From contig DASTWK010000092.1 of assembly GCA_035776655.1 (NCBI GenBank), positions 6,259 through 70,258 of the forward strand: a stretch of DNA of 64,000 nucleotides, read 5' to 3'. Numbering within the stretch: the stretch's first letter is position 1; each line of letters begins with the position of its first letter. The position numbers were made by a program, and so were the translations under genes. Below, piece by piece: positions 18,601 through 26,330 of the stretch. The notes under the pieces were generated by a model that did not search any database, was not told the DNA's origin, and was given only the letters and a program-made list of their open reading frames with translations. The DNA is from Mycobacteriales bacterium. Its GTDB lineage: Bacteria > Actinomycetota > Actinomycetes > JAFAQI01.

Positions 18601-19583
18601 CGCCTGGGCTGCGGCCGGAGCACTACGAGGTGTTCGACTGCGCGATGGGTGAGCGGGCCATCAAACCGATGGGCCACGTGCGGATGATGTCCGCGATCCA
18701 GCCGTTCATCTCGGGCGCCATCTCCAAGACCGTGAACATGCCGGAGACGGCCACCGTCGAGGAGATCGAGGACATCCACTTCCAGGGCTGGAAGCTGGGC
18801 CTGAAGGCACTCGCGATCTATCGCGACAACTGCAAGGTCGGGCAACCGCTGTCGGACGCCAAGGCGGCGAAGAAGGACGCCGCTGCGGACGCCGCCGAGG
18901 TGCACGAGCACCGGCCGGTGCGCAAGCGCCTGCCGAAGAAGCGGCCCTCGCAGACGGTGTCGTTCTCGGTTGCGGGTGCCGAGGGCTACCTGACCGCCGG
19001 CTCCTACCCCGACGACGGTCTCGGCGAGGTCTTCCTCAAGCTCGGCAAGCAGGGTTCGACGCTCGCCGGCGTGATGGACGCGTTCTCGATCGCCATCTCG
19101 ATCGCGTTGCAGTACGGCGTGCCGCTGGAGACCTACGTCCAGAAGTTCACCAACATGCGGTTCGAGCCGGCCGGCATGACCGACGACCCGGACATCCGGA
19201 TGGCGCAGTCGGTGATGGACTACATCTTCCGGCGGCTCGCGCTGGACTACCTGCCCTACGAGAAGCGGGTCGAGCTGGGCATCTTCACCGCGGAGGAGCG
19301 GGCGGCGACGGTCGCCGGCTCCTACGGCGGTGCCCCCGCGGCCGCTCCGGTCGAGGAGGACCTCGACCCGGAGACGCTGCGCGACAGCGTGCCGCTGGAG
19401 GCGCCGCACGAGGCGGGGGAGCAGCCGGCCCCGGCCGAGGCGAGGTCGTCGACCGAGCTGATCGAGGCCCAGCAGGGGACGGCGGCCGACGCGCCGTTGT
19501 GCATGACCTGCGGCGTCAAGATGCGCCCCGCCGGCTCCTGCTATGTCTGTGAGCAGTGCGGCAGCACCTCCGGCTGCAGCTGA
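15627..19583 (+). CDS. nrdJ: adenosylcobalamin-dependent (class II) ribonucleotide reductase NrdJ, intein-containing precursor
   Basis: AGGAGAGG RBS. Class II RNR blocks FNSPVWFNVG, CFILSVDDTMDSI, GGSGAGLNLSRIRS and NPCSEY, plus a C-terminal Cys-rich tail CMTCG...CYVCEQCG. The protein is 1318 aa with the intein and 961 aa without it. Confidence 0.95.
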   Translation: MTETVSGAPAAGGPRGGQAAERTQGRAHGRPQGRAQGLRLERVYTTPGVHPYDQVTWERRDVVMTNWRDGSINFEQRGVQFPDFWSVNAANIVTTKYFRGAVGSPQRESSLRQLIDRVVQTYRRAGEEHGYFATRDDAEIFEHELTHMLLHQVFSFNSPVWFNVGTSAPQQVSACQPYDALVSTPSGLVPIGELVERMAVGEKVFDADGVTRITAVQHNGRKQVLRITTKAGHQLDVTGDHLVWKSTGDRAGRYVPAAQLRPGDALEWHRRHAYGESELDLRDISAAALAGWLQTDGFVGQYDGTNRSLTIEFMTVNDAEHAWVTHHLDVVFPDVHRHERRVVTQDESLDCRRIRLYGPALEAFVERWGLRARGVDMAVPTELFTAPLPVVAAYLRSAFQADGYVSRRERSTLVALDLISEQLVRGVQSLLGRFEIFARVGRKAERRTNRHDLWSLRVQNAADRRTFQEEIDFLDPRKQSELEAGFDVPGQRWAPLKRLEIASIESRGEMDVYDIQTESGEYLSNGLRVHNCFILSVDDTMDSILNWYREEGLIFKGGSGAGLNLSRIRSSKELLSSGGTASGPVSFMRGADASAGTIKSGGATRRAAKMVILDVDHPDIEEFIETKAREEDKIRALRDAGFDMDLGGKDIVSVQYQNANNSVRVNDEFMRAVEEGKEFALRARHTGETVETVDAKALFTKMAEAAWACADPGIQYDDTINDWHTCPETGRITASNPCSEYMHLDNSSCNLASLNLMKFLKDDDTFDAVTFAKVVEFVITAMDISICFADFPTQPIAETTRAYRQLGIGYANLGALLMATGHAYDSEGGRSLAAAITSLMTGTAYKRSAELAGVVGPYDGYARNAEPHKRVMRKHAAANDSVRPVDADAARVLHYATKAWQDCLAIGEKNGWRNSQASVLAPTGTIGLMMDCDTTGVEPDLALVKFKKLVGGGSMQIVNLTVPRALTKLGYQDEQVEAIVEHISEHGNVLDAPGLRPEHYEVFDCAMGERAIKPMGHVRMMSAIQPFISGAISKTVNMPETATVEEIEDIHFQGWKLGLKALAIYRDNCKVGQPLSDAKAAKKDAAADAAEVHEHRPVRKRLPKKRPSQTVSFSVAGAEGYLTAGSYPDDGLGEVFLKLGKQGSTLAGVMDAFSIAISIALQYGVPLETYVQKFTNMRFEPAGMTDDPDIRMAQSVMDYIFRRLALDYLPYEKRVELGIFTAEERAATVAGSYGGAPAAAPVEEDLDPETLRDSVPLEAPHEAGEQPAPAEARSSTELIEAQQGTAADAPLCMTCGVKMRPAGSCYVCEQCGSTSGCS
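16149..17219 (+). mobile_element. intein (357 aa) with LAGLIDADG homing-endonuclease domain, inserted in nrdJ
   Basis: The host motif ...QQVSA|CFILSV is split. The insert begins with Cys (CQPYDALVSTPSG), has the block-B TxxH motif (VTGDH) and two dodecapeptide motifs (LAGWLQTDGFVG, YLRSAFQADGYV), and ends DVYDIQTE...GLRVHN followed by +1 Cys. Confidence 0.9.
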
Positions 19584-19610
19584 GCAGATCCGCTCCCGCG
19601 GCTCCTCCCG

Positions 19611-19677
19611 CTTCGGTATCGCGCCGACCACGACACGCCGAGCACCCCTCGAACAAGTGGTCGGTGCGATACCGAAG
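19611..19677 (+). terminator. 21-bp stem / 25-nt loop hairpin downstream of nrdJ
   Basis: CTTCGGTATCGCGCCGACCAC ... GTGGTCGGTGCGATACCGAAG. The single non-Watson-Crick position is G-U on the plus-strand RNA but C-A on the minus strand. There is no U-tract. Confidence 0.45.
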
Positions 19678-19710
19678 TGAGGCAAAGGTCCCGCCGAATC
19701 GAGCGTGCCC

Positions 19711-19739
19711 TTGACACGTTCGTGTCATGAAGGCATAGT
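19711..19739 (+). promoter_or_regulatory. sigma-70-type promoter with overlapping 16-bp palindromic operator for the TetR operon
   Basis: TTGACA (19711-16), a 17-nt spacer, then CATAGT (19734-39). The perfect palindrome TGACACG-TT-CGTGTCA at 19712-19727 overlaps the -35 element. The GTG start at 19746 lies 7 nt after the -10 element. Confidence 0.6.
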
Positions 19740-19745
19740 CGTGCC

Positions 19746-20357
19746 GTGGGCACGCCAACGCTTCGTGAACGGCAGGCGGAGCAGGTGCGCGTCGGGGTCC
19801 TCGACGCGGTCGTGGCCCAGCTCGAGCAGCGGCCGGTCGACGACATTGCCATGGCCGATGTCGCCGCCGAGGCCGGCATCTCGCTGCGGACGCTCTACCG
19901 CTATTTCCCTGACCGGGAAGCGTTGCTGCACGCGGCCGGTGAGCATCTCTACCGAGACCTCGGCATCGGTTCCGAGATCGTCGGCCCGCAGGACATCTCC
20001 GCGAGTTTCCGTGACGCCGCCGCCAAGCTGGCGTCGCGACCGGCCCTGGCCCGCGCGCTGGTGCGGACGACCGCTGGTCGCGCCGCGCGTTCGGCCACGC
20101 GGGTGCAACGGGTCGAGGCGATCGGCGCGGCACTGGCGCCGCTGACCGAGGGCCTCGACCCCGACCACGCGCGACGAGCCACCGCGGTCATCGCGCATCT
20201 GTGCAGCGCCGCGTCGTGGGTGGCGGTGAGCGACGACAGCGGTCTCGACGACGAGGACGCACAGCAGGCCGTTGCCTGGGCCATCGATGCACTGCTCCAG
20301 ATGCTGCAGTCGCAGCCGCCAGCGCCGGCACCGGGCCGCCGTACCAAGCACACCTGA
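19746..20357 (+). CDS. TetR/AcrR family transcriptional regulator
   Basis: N-terminal HTH MADVAAEAGISLRTLYRYFPDREALL; 203 aa. Confidence 0.9.
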   Translation: MGTPTLRERQAEQVRVGVLDAVVAQLEQRPVDDIAMADVAAEAGISLRTLYRYFPDREALLHAAGEHLYRDLGIGSEIVGPQDISASFRDAAAKLASRPALARALVRTTAGRAARSATRVQRVEAIGAALAPLTEGLDPDHARRATAVIAHLCSAASWVAVSDDSGLDDEDAQQAVAWAIDALLQMLQSQPPAPAPGRRTKHT

Positions 20358-20377
20358 GGGCTTCGGAGGTGCACCTG

Positions 20378-20917
20378 ATGTCTGTCGTCGACTCCAGCGA
20401 GCGCGCAGTCGCGCGGCAGTGGTCAACCGAGCCGGAGACCAGCCGCGCATGGTGGTTCCTCGGCACACTCGCGGTGCTGCGCAACCCGGACGGCGCGCCA
20501 CGCACACCCGCGGTCATCGAGCTGACCGTGCCACCGGGCGGATCGCCACCGCGGCACTTCCACGAGGAGCTCGACGACGCGTTCCTGCTCCTGGAGGGCG
20601 AGGTCGTGGTCTGGTCCGGCGGCGAAACCGTGGTCGCCCGGCCGGGCACCTATGTGGTCGTTCCGCATGGCACCGAGCACTCGTTCCGCGTCACGAGCCA
20701 GACGCCGGCGAAGCTTCTGCTCGTGCACGACGGCGACAGCTTCCTGCAGTTCATCGAGTCGACCGGGACGCCGACGGCCGACCTCCGCATCCCGCCAACC
20801 GGTGAGTCCGATGTCGACCTCGACACGATCGTGCGCATCAGCGCGGAGCACGGGGCCCCGATCGTCGGCCCGTCGCTCGACGAGGTCGACGTCAGTGGCT
20901 ATTCACCCGATCACTAG
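20378..20917 (+). CDS. cupin-domain protein
   Basis: GGAGG RBS before ATG 20378. Cupin motifs PPGGSPPRHFHEELDDAFLLLEGE and VVVPHGTEHSF. Confidence 0.8.
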   Translation: MSVVDSSERAVARQWSTEPETSRAWWFLGTLAVLRNPDGAPRTPAVIELTVPPGGSPPRHFHEELDDAFLLLEGEVVVWSGGETVVARPGTYVVVPHGTEHSFRVTSQTPAKLLLVHDGDSFLQFIESTGTPTADLRIPPTGESDVDLDTIVRISAEHGAPIVGPSLDEVDVSGYSPDH

Positions 20918-20965
20918 CGCGGCATGGCCACCCTGGCTGACAATTCGACCCAACGGGAGGGAAAC

Positions 20966-21664
20966 ATGACCGACACGACGACCGCTCGAGTGCCGGCACA
21001 GGGCACACCGCCGCTCGCCGACACCAGCGACATGGCGCAGGTGCATCGCGTCTTCAGGGATGCCGTGGCTGCGGCGCCGTCGCTCATCGGATCCGCGGTG
21101 GCAGGCGAGCACGGGCGGGTCGACCTTGTCGCGGCCTACTACCGGAACGTGCTCGCCCTGTTGCACGCACACCACGACGGCGAGGACGAACTGATCTGGC
21201 CGATCCTGATCGATCGCGCGCCGGAGCAAGCAGCCGAGGTGCAACGCATCGCCGGCCAGCACGCTGATGTGGACTCGGCTCTGCAAGCCGCGTCAGCTGC
21301 GATCGGTGAGTGGCAGCAGACCCACAGCGAGGTCTCGGGCCGTGCCGCCGCCGTGGCGGTCACCGCTCTCGGCGCGGCCCTGCTGCCGCACCTCGACGAG
21401 GAGGAAGCGGTCATCGTCCCGCTCGCGGCGCAGCACATCTTCGCGCCGGAGTGGGGCGAGCTGCCCGGTCACGCGCTCCGCAACTTCTCCGGCGACAAGA
21501 TGTGGCTCGTGCTCGGGTTGATCCGCGAGCAGATGAGCCCCCAGCAACTCGCGATGATGGACGACCACATGCCACCTCCGCTCGTGGCGATGTGGCAGCA
21601 GCAGGAGGCCGAGTTCGGCGACTTCGTCAGCGAGCTGCGCCGACCGCCGGTTGCGCCGGCGTGA
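20966..21664 (+). CDS. hemerythrin HHE cation-binding domain protein
   Basis: GGGAGG RBS before ATG 20966. VHRVFRD, HHDGEDELIWPIL and HLDEEEAVIVPL are typical His/Glu pairs. Confidence 0.75.
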   Translation: MTDTTTARVPAQGTPPLADTSDMAQVHRVFRDAVAAAPSLIGSAVAGEHGRVDLVAAYYRNVLALLHAHHDGEDELIWPILIDRAPEQAAEVQRIAGQHADVDSALQAASAAIGEWQQTHSEVSGRAAAVAVTALGAALLPHLDEEEAVIVPLAAQHIFAPEWGELPGHALRNFSGDKMWLVLGLIREQMSPQQLAMMDDHMPPPLVAMWQQQEAEFGDFVSELRRPPVAPA

Positions 21665-21698
21665 GGCTGGGGCCGGGCCCTTACCCCTGGAGGCATCG

Positions 21699-22127
21699 GT
21701 GTCGAGCACCGAGAACAAGGCCGTCGTCGCCAGACTCTACGACGCGCTTTACCGGAAAGACGCCGACGGCGTAGGCGCCCTGTTCGCAGCCGACGGCGTC
21801 TACACCGATGTCGGCTCACCGGCCGACGACGTGGCGCGTGGTCCGGCCGGGGTTGCTGCCCGCCTCCGGCCGGTGTTCGACGGCGTGGAGCTGAGCGACA
21901 AGGACCGTCGTACGTACGCCGACGGCGACACCGTCGTGACCGAGCACGTCGAGGTGTGGCGGTGGCGCACCGGGGAGTCGGTCGAGTTCCCGATCGCCTC
22001 GGTGCACGAGATCCGTGACGGCCGCATCGTGCGCTGGTTGGACTACTGGGACCTGCAGACGCTGATGAACGCCGCTCCGGGCTGGTGGGTCGAGCAGATC
22101 GTGGCCGCATACGCGCCACCCAGCTGA
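21699..22127 (+). CDS. SnoaL-like / NTF2-fold protein (limonene-epoxide-hydrolase-like)
   Basis: GGAGG precedes GTG 21699. ENKAVVARLYDAL...DGVYTD... and HEIRDGRIVRWLDYWD match the NTF2-like pattern. Confidence 0.7.
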   Translation: MSSTENKAVVARLYDALYRKDADGVGALFAADGVYTDVGSPADDVARGPAGVAARLRPVFDGVELSDKDRRTYADGDTVVTEHVEVWRWRTGESVEFPIASVHEIRDGRIVRWLDYWDLQTLMNAAPGWWVEQIVAAYAPPS

Positions 22128-22151
22128 CTTCCTTCCGTCCGGCCGCTGTGA

Positions 22152-22505
22152 CTACCAGCGGATCTCCGTGCGGACGACTTTCGACTGAGCCTGCACGCGA
22201 GCGACGAAGTCGGCGGGGAGTGCGTCGTGCTCCCGCAGTTGGGTGCGTTCCTCAGGGGTGAACCCGCAGACGACGTCGGAAACGGCCAGTTGGAGGCAGG
22301 CGAGTCTGGTCCGGCGGCGGTCTTGAGCCATTGCGGCGCCGACGCTCGATCCAGTGCGATAGGCGTCGGTGATCGACACCGTCCTGGTCGCCTCGAGGAG
22401 GCGGGTCAGCTGGTCATACCATCGCCGGCTCTTTCGCTCGAGATCGTGTCGAGCGAGTTCCCACGCCCGACGCTCCAGCCAGGCGTCGTGCGAGCCGTGG
22501 CCCAT
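22152..22505 (-). CDS. hypothetical protein (no recognisable domain)
   Basis: 117-aa ORF, divergent from the MFS gene. It is visibly less GC-rich, with a weaker third-position bias than its neighbours. Confidence 0.45.
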   Translation of the reverse strand: MGHGSHDAWLERRAWELARHDLERKSRRWYDQLTRLLEATRTVSITDAYRTGSSVGAAMAQDRRRTRLACLQLAVSDVVCGFTPEERTQLREHDALPADFVARVQAQSKVVRTEIRW

Positions 22506-22616
22506 GGTGCCCCCGATCGACGTCCGCGCGTTGGTTCAAGTTTGACGCCGGAGAGACCAATCCTGGCATGACAGGCTGCAACTGATCCGGTGTGACGTGG
22601 CGGGCAGCATAGGCTC

Positions 22617-23816
22617 ATGACTCCCACGGCCCGGGTCGGCCGCGCTACCGCGTTCGCGCTCGTTGCATACGCCTTCACCGCGACGATGGTGGGGACCACC
22701 TTGCCGACGCCGCTGTATCCGGCGTACGAAGCGCGGTTCGGCTTCGGCACCCTCACGGTGACGATCGTCTTCGCGACGTACGCCATCGGCGTCCTGATGG
22801 CCCTGCTCGGGTTCGGGCGCGCCTCCGACACCATCGGTCGCCGACCCACGCTGCTCGCGGGCCTCACCGCAGCGGGGATGTCGACGATCGTCTTCATCAT
22901 CGTCGGTCAGGTTCACACCGCCGGTCTCCCGTTGCTCCTCGTGGGCCGGCTGCTGTCCGGGGTGTCCGCCGGAATCTTCACCGGTACGGCGACGGCGGCG
23001 CTCGCAGACTTCGCCGGTGAGGACCACCCACTGCGTGCGAGCCTCACGGCAGCGGTCACCAACATCGGCGGGCTCGGCCTGGGCCCGCTGCTGGCCGGCG
23101 CACTGGCGGCCTACTTCGTGAGCCCACTGACCACCAGTTTCGTGGTTCATCTGTGTCTCGTCGTGGTGGCGGTCCTCGTGATCTGGCTGGTCCCGGAACC
23201 GGTCGACGTGGTCCGCCCACGGCGGCTGTCGGTGCAGCGGCTCGGTGTCCCCGCAGATCTGAGGACGATTTTCGTGCAGGCCGGCACCGCGGGGTTCGCC
23301 GGTTTCGCGGTGCTCGGGTTCTTCACGGCAGTCAGTCCGGCAACCCTCGCACTGCTGGGCCATCACAATCCTTTTCTCACGGGGGCGGTCGTCTTCGTGG
23401 TCTTTGCGGCATCGGCGGTCGGGCAGGTCGTCTCGGTCCGGCCAGCGGTCATGACGGCGCTGCTCACCGGAACCGGCCTGCTGGTCGTCGGGGCTTGCGT
23501 CGTCGGAGTCGGAATCGGCATCCGGTCACTCGGCGTGCTCGTCCTTGGCGGCGTCGTCGTCGGCTTCGGGCAGGGCCTGAGCTTTCGCGCCGCTCTCGGG
23601 GCCGTCACCGGCGCCAGCCCACCCAACCAACGCGCGGCCGTGTCGTCGAGCTTCTTCGCGGTCTGCTACGTCGGCATCTCGCTGCCGGTCGTCGGGGTCG
23701 GCGCAGGCACCGATGCATTCGGCCTCAGCCACACCGCCGAGGTCTTCGCCGGCGTCATCGCGGCGATGGCTGTCATCGCCGTGCTCAGCCTCGCCCGATC
23801 CTCGCAGGGGACGTGA
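22617..23816 (+). CDS. MFS transporter
   Basis: 399 aa with about 12 hydrophobic segments. The loop 2-3 motif GRASDTIGRRPTLL matches the MFS signature. Confidence 0.88.
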   Translation: MTPTARVGRATAFALVAYAFTATMVGTTLPTPLYPAYEARFGFGTLTVTIVFATYAIGVLMALLGFGRASDTIGRRPTLLAGLTAAGMSTIVFIIVGQVHTAGLPLLLVGRLLSGVSAGIFTGTATAALADFAGEDHPLRASLTAAVTNIGGLGLGPLLAGALAAYFVSPLTTSFVVHLCLVVVAVLVIWLVPEPVDVVRPRRLSVQRLGVPADLRTIFVQAGTAGFAGFAVLGFFTAVSPATLALLGHHNPFLTGAVVFVVFAASAVGQVVSVRPAVMTALLTGTGLLVVGACVVGVGIGIRSLGVLVLGGVVVGFGQGLSFRAALGAVTGASPPNQRAAVSSSFFAVCYVGISLPVVGVGAGTDAFGLSHTAEVFAGVIAAMAVIAVLSLARSSQGT

Positions 23817-23922
23817 GGCGGTCGACCCCGTCACTCCCGGACGGCTGGAGCGGCGACGACGTGCACCCTAGATTTGTGAACGGCCGAACGATGGCGAGTC
23901 ACACTTCGGAGGTGCATGACCC

Positions 23923-24348
23923 ATGGCCGAACCCTCGTTTTCCGGGGTCCACCACGTGGCCTTGAACGTGGGAGACCTCGATGTGTCGGAACGGTGGTAC
24001 GTCGACGTCCTGGGGTTCGCGCAGTTGTTCCCGTTCGCGACCGACGACTTCCAGCGCCGCCTGCTCCGCCATCCGTCCGGCGTCGTTGTCGGGTTGAGCA
24101 AGCACCACCATCCCGACGCGGACGTGCCCTTCAGCGAGCGGCGGACGGGACTCGACCACCTTGCCCTCGCGGTCGCCGATCAGGACGAGCTGCAGGCGTG
24201 GGAGGAACGGCTGACCGACGCCGGCGTCACACACTCCGGGATCAAGATCACCCCGCAAACCGGCTCCGCGCTCATCGCCTTCCGCGATCCCGACAACATC
24301 CAGCTCGAGCTCTACGTCGCGCAGGGAGCGACTGCCGGCTCTGCGTGA
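23923..24348 (+). CDS. VOC/glyoxalase family protein
   Basis: GVHHVALNVGDLDVSERWYVDVLGF ... GLDHLALAV ... FRDPDNIQLELY. Confidence 0.85.
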   Translation: MAEPSFSGVHHVALNVGDLDVSERWYVDVLGFAQLFPFATDDFQRRLLRHPSGVVVGLSKHHHPDADVPFSERRTGLDHLALAVADQDELQAWEERLTDAGVTHSGIKITPQTGSALIAFRDPDNIQLELYVAQGATAGSA

Positions 24349-24464
24349 GAGCGCCCTCGCCGCCTGCACGTGCGCCCCTCCGGCAGGAATCGGCATCCCG
24401 CGCTGCGTGACTCGCCGGCGGAGCGGGGGAACCACCACCAGAGTGGTCGAACCAGGGAGGTGCT

Positions 24465-25361
24465 GTGACTGCGACGCTGCATGGATTCCCGACCGACAGC
24501 CAGATCAGCTCGAATGGGTCCGGAACAGTCCCGATCCGCCGTATGCATTTCGAGAAGTACGTCGCCAGTCTGCCCAAGCGCTTCGCTGAGGGCGGCGACA
24601 TCGTGATGAGTCACGTGCTCGCGGTGCTGTCCTCGACGTTTCCCGAAGGGGAGAAGTTCTTCGTCCGTTCGGTGGCGGCCGTGCGCGACCGGATCACCGA
24701 CCCGCAGCTGCGAGCCGACGTCGAGGGTTTCATCGGCCAGGAGGAGATGCATGGGCGCGAGCACCAGGTCCTCAATGAGCATCTCGCCGAGCTCGGCTAC
24801 CCGACCCGCGGCATCGACGCCTACGTCCGAGGCCTCTACTGGGTGCGCGAACGGATGCAGAGCAAGAGGGTCAACCTGGCGTTCACAGCCGCGCTCGAGC
24901 ACTACACGGCCACCCTCGCCGAGCTGCTCCTCACTGACGAGAAGGCGCGCGGGGCCGTCGGCGAGCCGGGTGCCCGCGACATCCTCACTTGGCACGCGCT
25001 GGAGGAGTCAGAGCACAAGGCCGTCGCTTTCGACGTCTACAAGGCCGTCGGGGGTGGGGAGGTCATGAGGATTTTCATCATGTTCCTCACGGACCTGTTG
25101 TTCATCCTGGAGACATCGATCATGGGTGTCGTGTCGATCGCCAAAGACGGCTACGCGCGACGGCACCCCGTCAAGCTGCTCCGCAGCCTGGCGCGACTGC
25201 CGCGGTCTCCGTTCGTGTCGGGGCGCGCACTGCGCATCCTCGCCGAGTACCACCGGCCCGGCTTTCACCCGAACGACCGGGACACGCGTGCGCTGATCGC
25301 CGACTGGCGGCAGGCGCTGTTCGGCCGGGACGGCCAACTGGTCGACGTTCTCGCGAGCTAG
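24465..25361 (+). CDS. predicted metal-dependent hydrolase family protein
   Basis: GGGAGG precedes GTG 24465. FPEGEKFFVRSV, GQEEMHGREH and WHALEESEHKAVAFDVY match the family as I recall it. Confidence 0.7.
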   Translation: MTATLHGFPTDSQISSNGSGTVPIRRMHFEKYVASLPKRFAEGGDIVMSHVLAVLSSTFPEGEKFFVRSVAAVRDRITDPQLRADVEGFIGQEEMHGREHQVLNEHLAELGYPTRGIDAYVRGLYWVRERMQSKRVNLAFTAALEHYTATLAELLLTDEKARGAVGEPGARDILTWHALEESEHKAVAFDVYKAVGGGEVMRIFIMFLTDLLFILETSIMGVVSIAKDGYARRHPVKLLRSLARLPRSPFVSGRALRILAEYHRPGFHPNDRDTRALIADWRQALFGRDGQLVDVLAS

Positions 25362-25483
25362 CCCCGCATCGCAGGCCGTCTCGCCCACCCACGGCATCCC
25401 CGTCGGTCGCGCCGTCGCAGAGCGCCGGCAACTTCGCGATCGCCGGGCGGCTGCGCGCGGGGCGGGGGAGCTGACCCACGTGG

Positions 25484-26302
25484 TCAGCGGCCCCGGAAGG
25501 TCGGCTCCCGCTTCTCCACGAAGGCCTTCGCCGCCTCGCGGTGGTCCTCGGTGGTGCCGGTGTGCGCGTGGTGCGTCACCTCGAGGTCGCTGCACTCGCC
25601 CAGCTCGCCGTGCACCGCCCGGTTGAGGTTCTCCTTCATGTAGCGCAGCGCCACCCGCGGTCCGTGCGCCAGCCGCCGGGCCCGTCCCATCACTTCGTCG
25701 CGCAACGACTCCGCGGGGAACACGGCGTTGACCAGCCCGAGCTGCTCGGCCTCGGCCGCGGACAACCGGTCGGAGAAGAAGTAGAGCTCCTTGGCCTTGG
25801 CGCTGCCGATCAGCCGGGTGAGGAACCAGGTGCCGCCGTAGTCGCCGGCGAACCCCACCCGAGCGAACGCCGTCGTCAGCACCGCGGTGTCCGCCGCGTA
25901 GCGCAGGTCGCACGCCAGCGCCAACGACAACCCCGCGCCCGCCGCCGCGCCCGGCAGCGCCGCGATCGTCGGCTTGCCCATCGACCACAGCCGCACCGAC
26001 GTCGCCCGCTGGTTGAGCCGTTGCAGCTGGATGAGGTCGTCATAGGACAGCTCACCGAACAACGCCTCGTCGCTCGCCATCATCTTCACGTCACCGCCCG
26101 CGCAGAACGCGCCGCCCGCACCGGTGACCACGACTGCGCCGACGGCATCGTCGAGCTCGACCTCGGCCAGCACGCGCCCGAGTGCCTGCACCATCGCCGG
26201 TGAGAACGCGTTGCGCCGCTCCGGTCGGTTGAGCGTGAGCACCGCCACCCCGTCGTCGACCTCCGCCAGCAGGTCCTCGGTGCCGGTGTCCACCGTTGTC
26301 AT
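25484..26302 (-). CDS. enoyl-CoA hydratase/isomerase (crotonase) family protein
   Basis: VAVLTLNRPERRNAF, VVVTGAGGAFCAGGD and a GAAGAGAGG RBS before ATG 26302. The track ORF extends further upstream into the neighbouring gene. Confidence 0.9.
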   Translation of the reverse strand: MTTVDTGTEDLLAEVDDGVAVLTLNRPERRNAFSPAMVQALGRVLAEVELDDAVGAVVVTGAGGAFCAGGDVKMMASDEALFGELSYDDLIQLQRLNQRATSVRLWSMGKPTIAALPGAAAGAGLSLALACDLRYAADTAVLTTAFARVGFAGDYGGTWFLTRLIGSAKAKELYFFSDRLSAAEAEQLGLVNAVFPAESLRDEVMGRARRLAHGPRVALRYMKENLNRAVHGELGECSDLEVTHHAHTGTTEDHREAAKAFVEKREPTFRGR

Positions 26303-26330
26303 GCCGACCTCTCTTCTCGTGCTGCCGCGG

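Noticed and set aside
22520-22560. tRNA-like GGTTCAAGT (T-loop-like) string in the gap before the MFS gene.
   Set aside because: No acceptor, D or anticodon stems can be drawn around it. It is an isolated match only.
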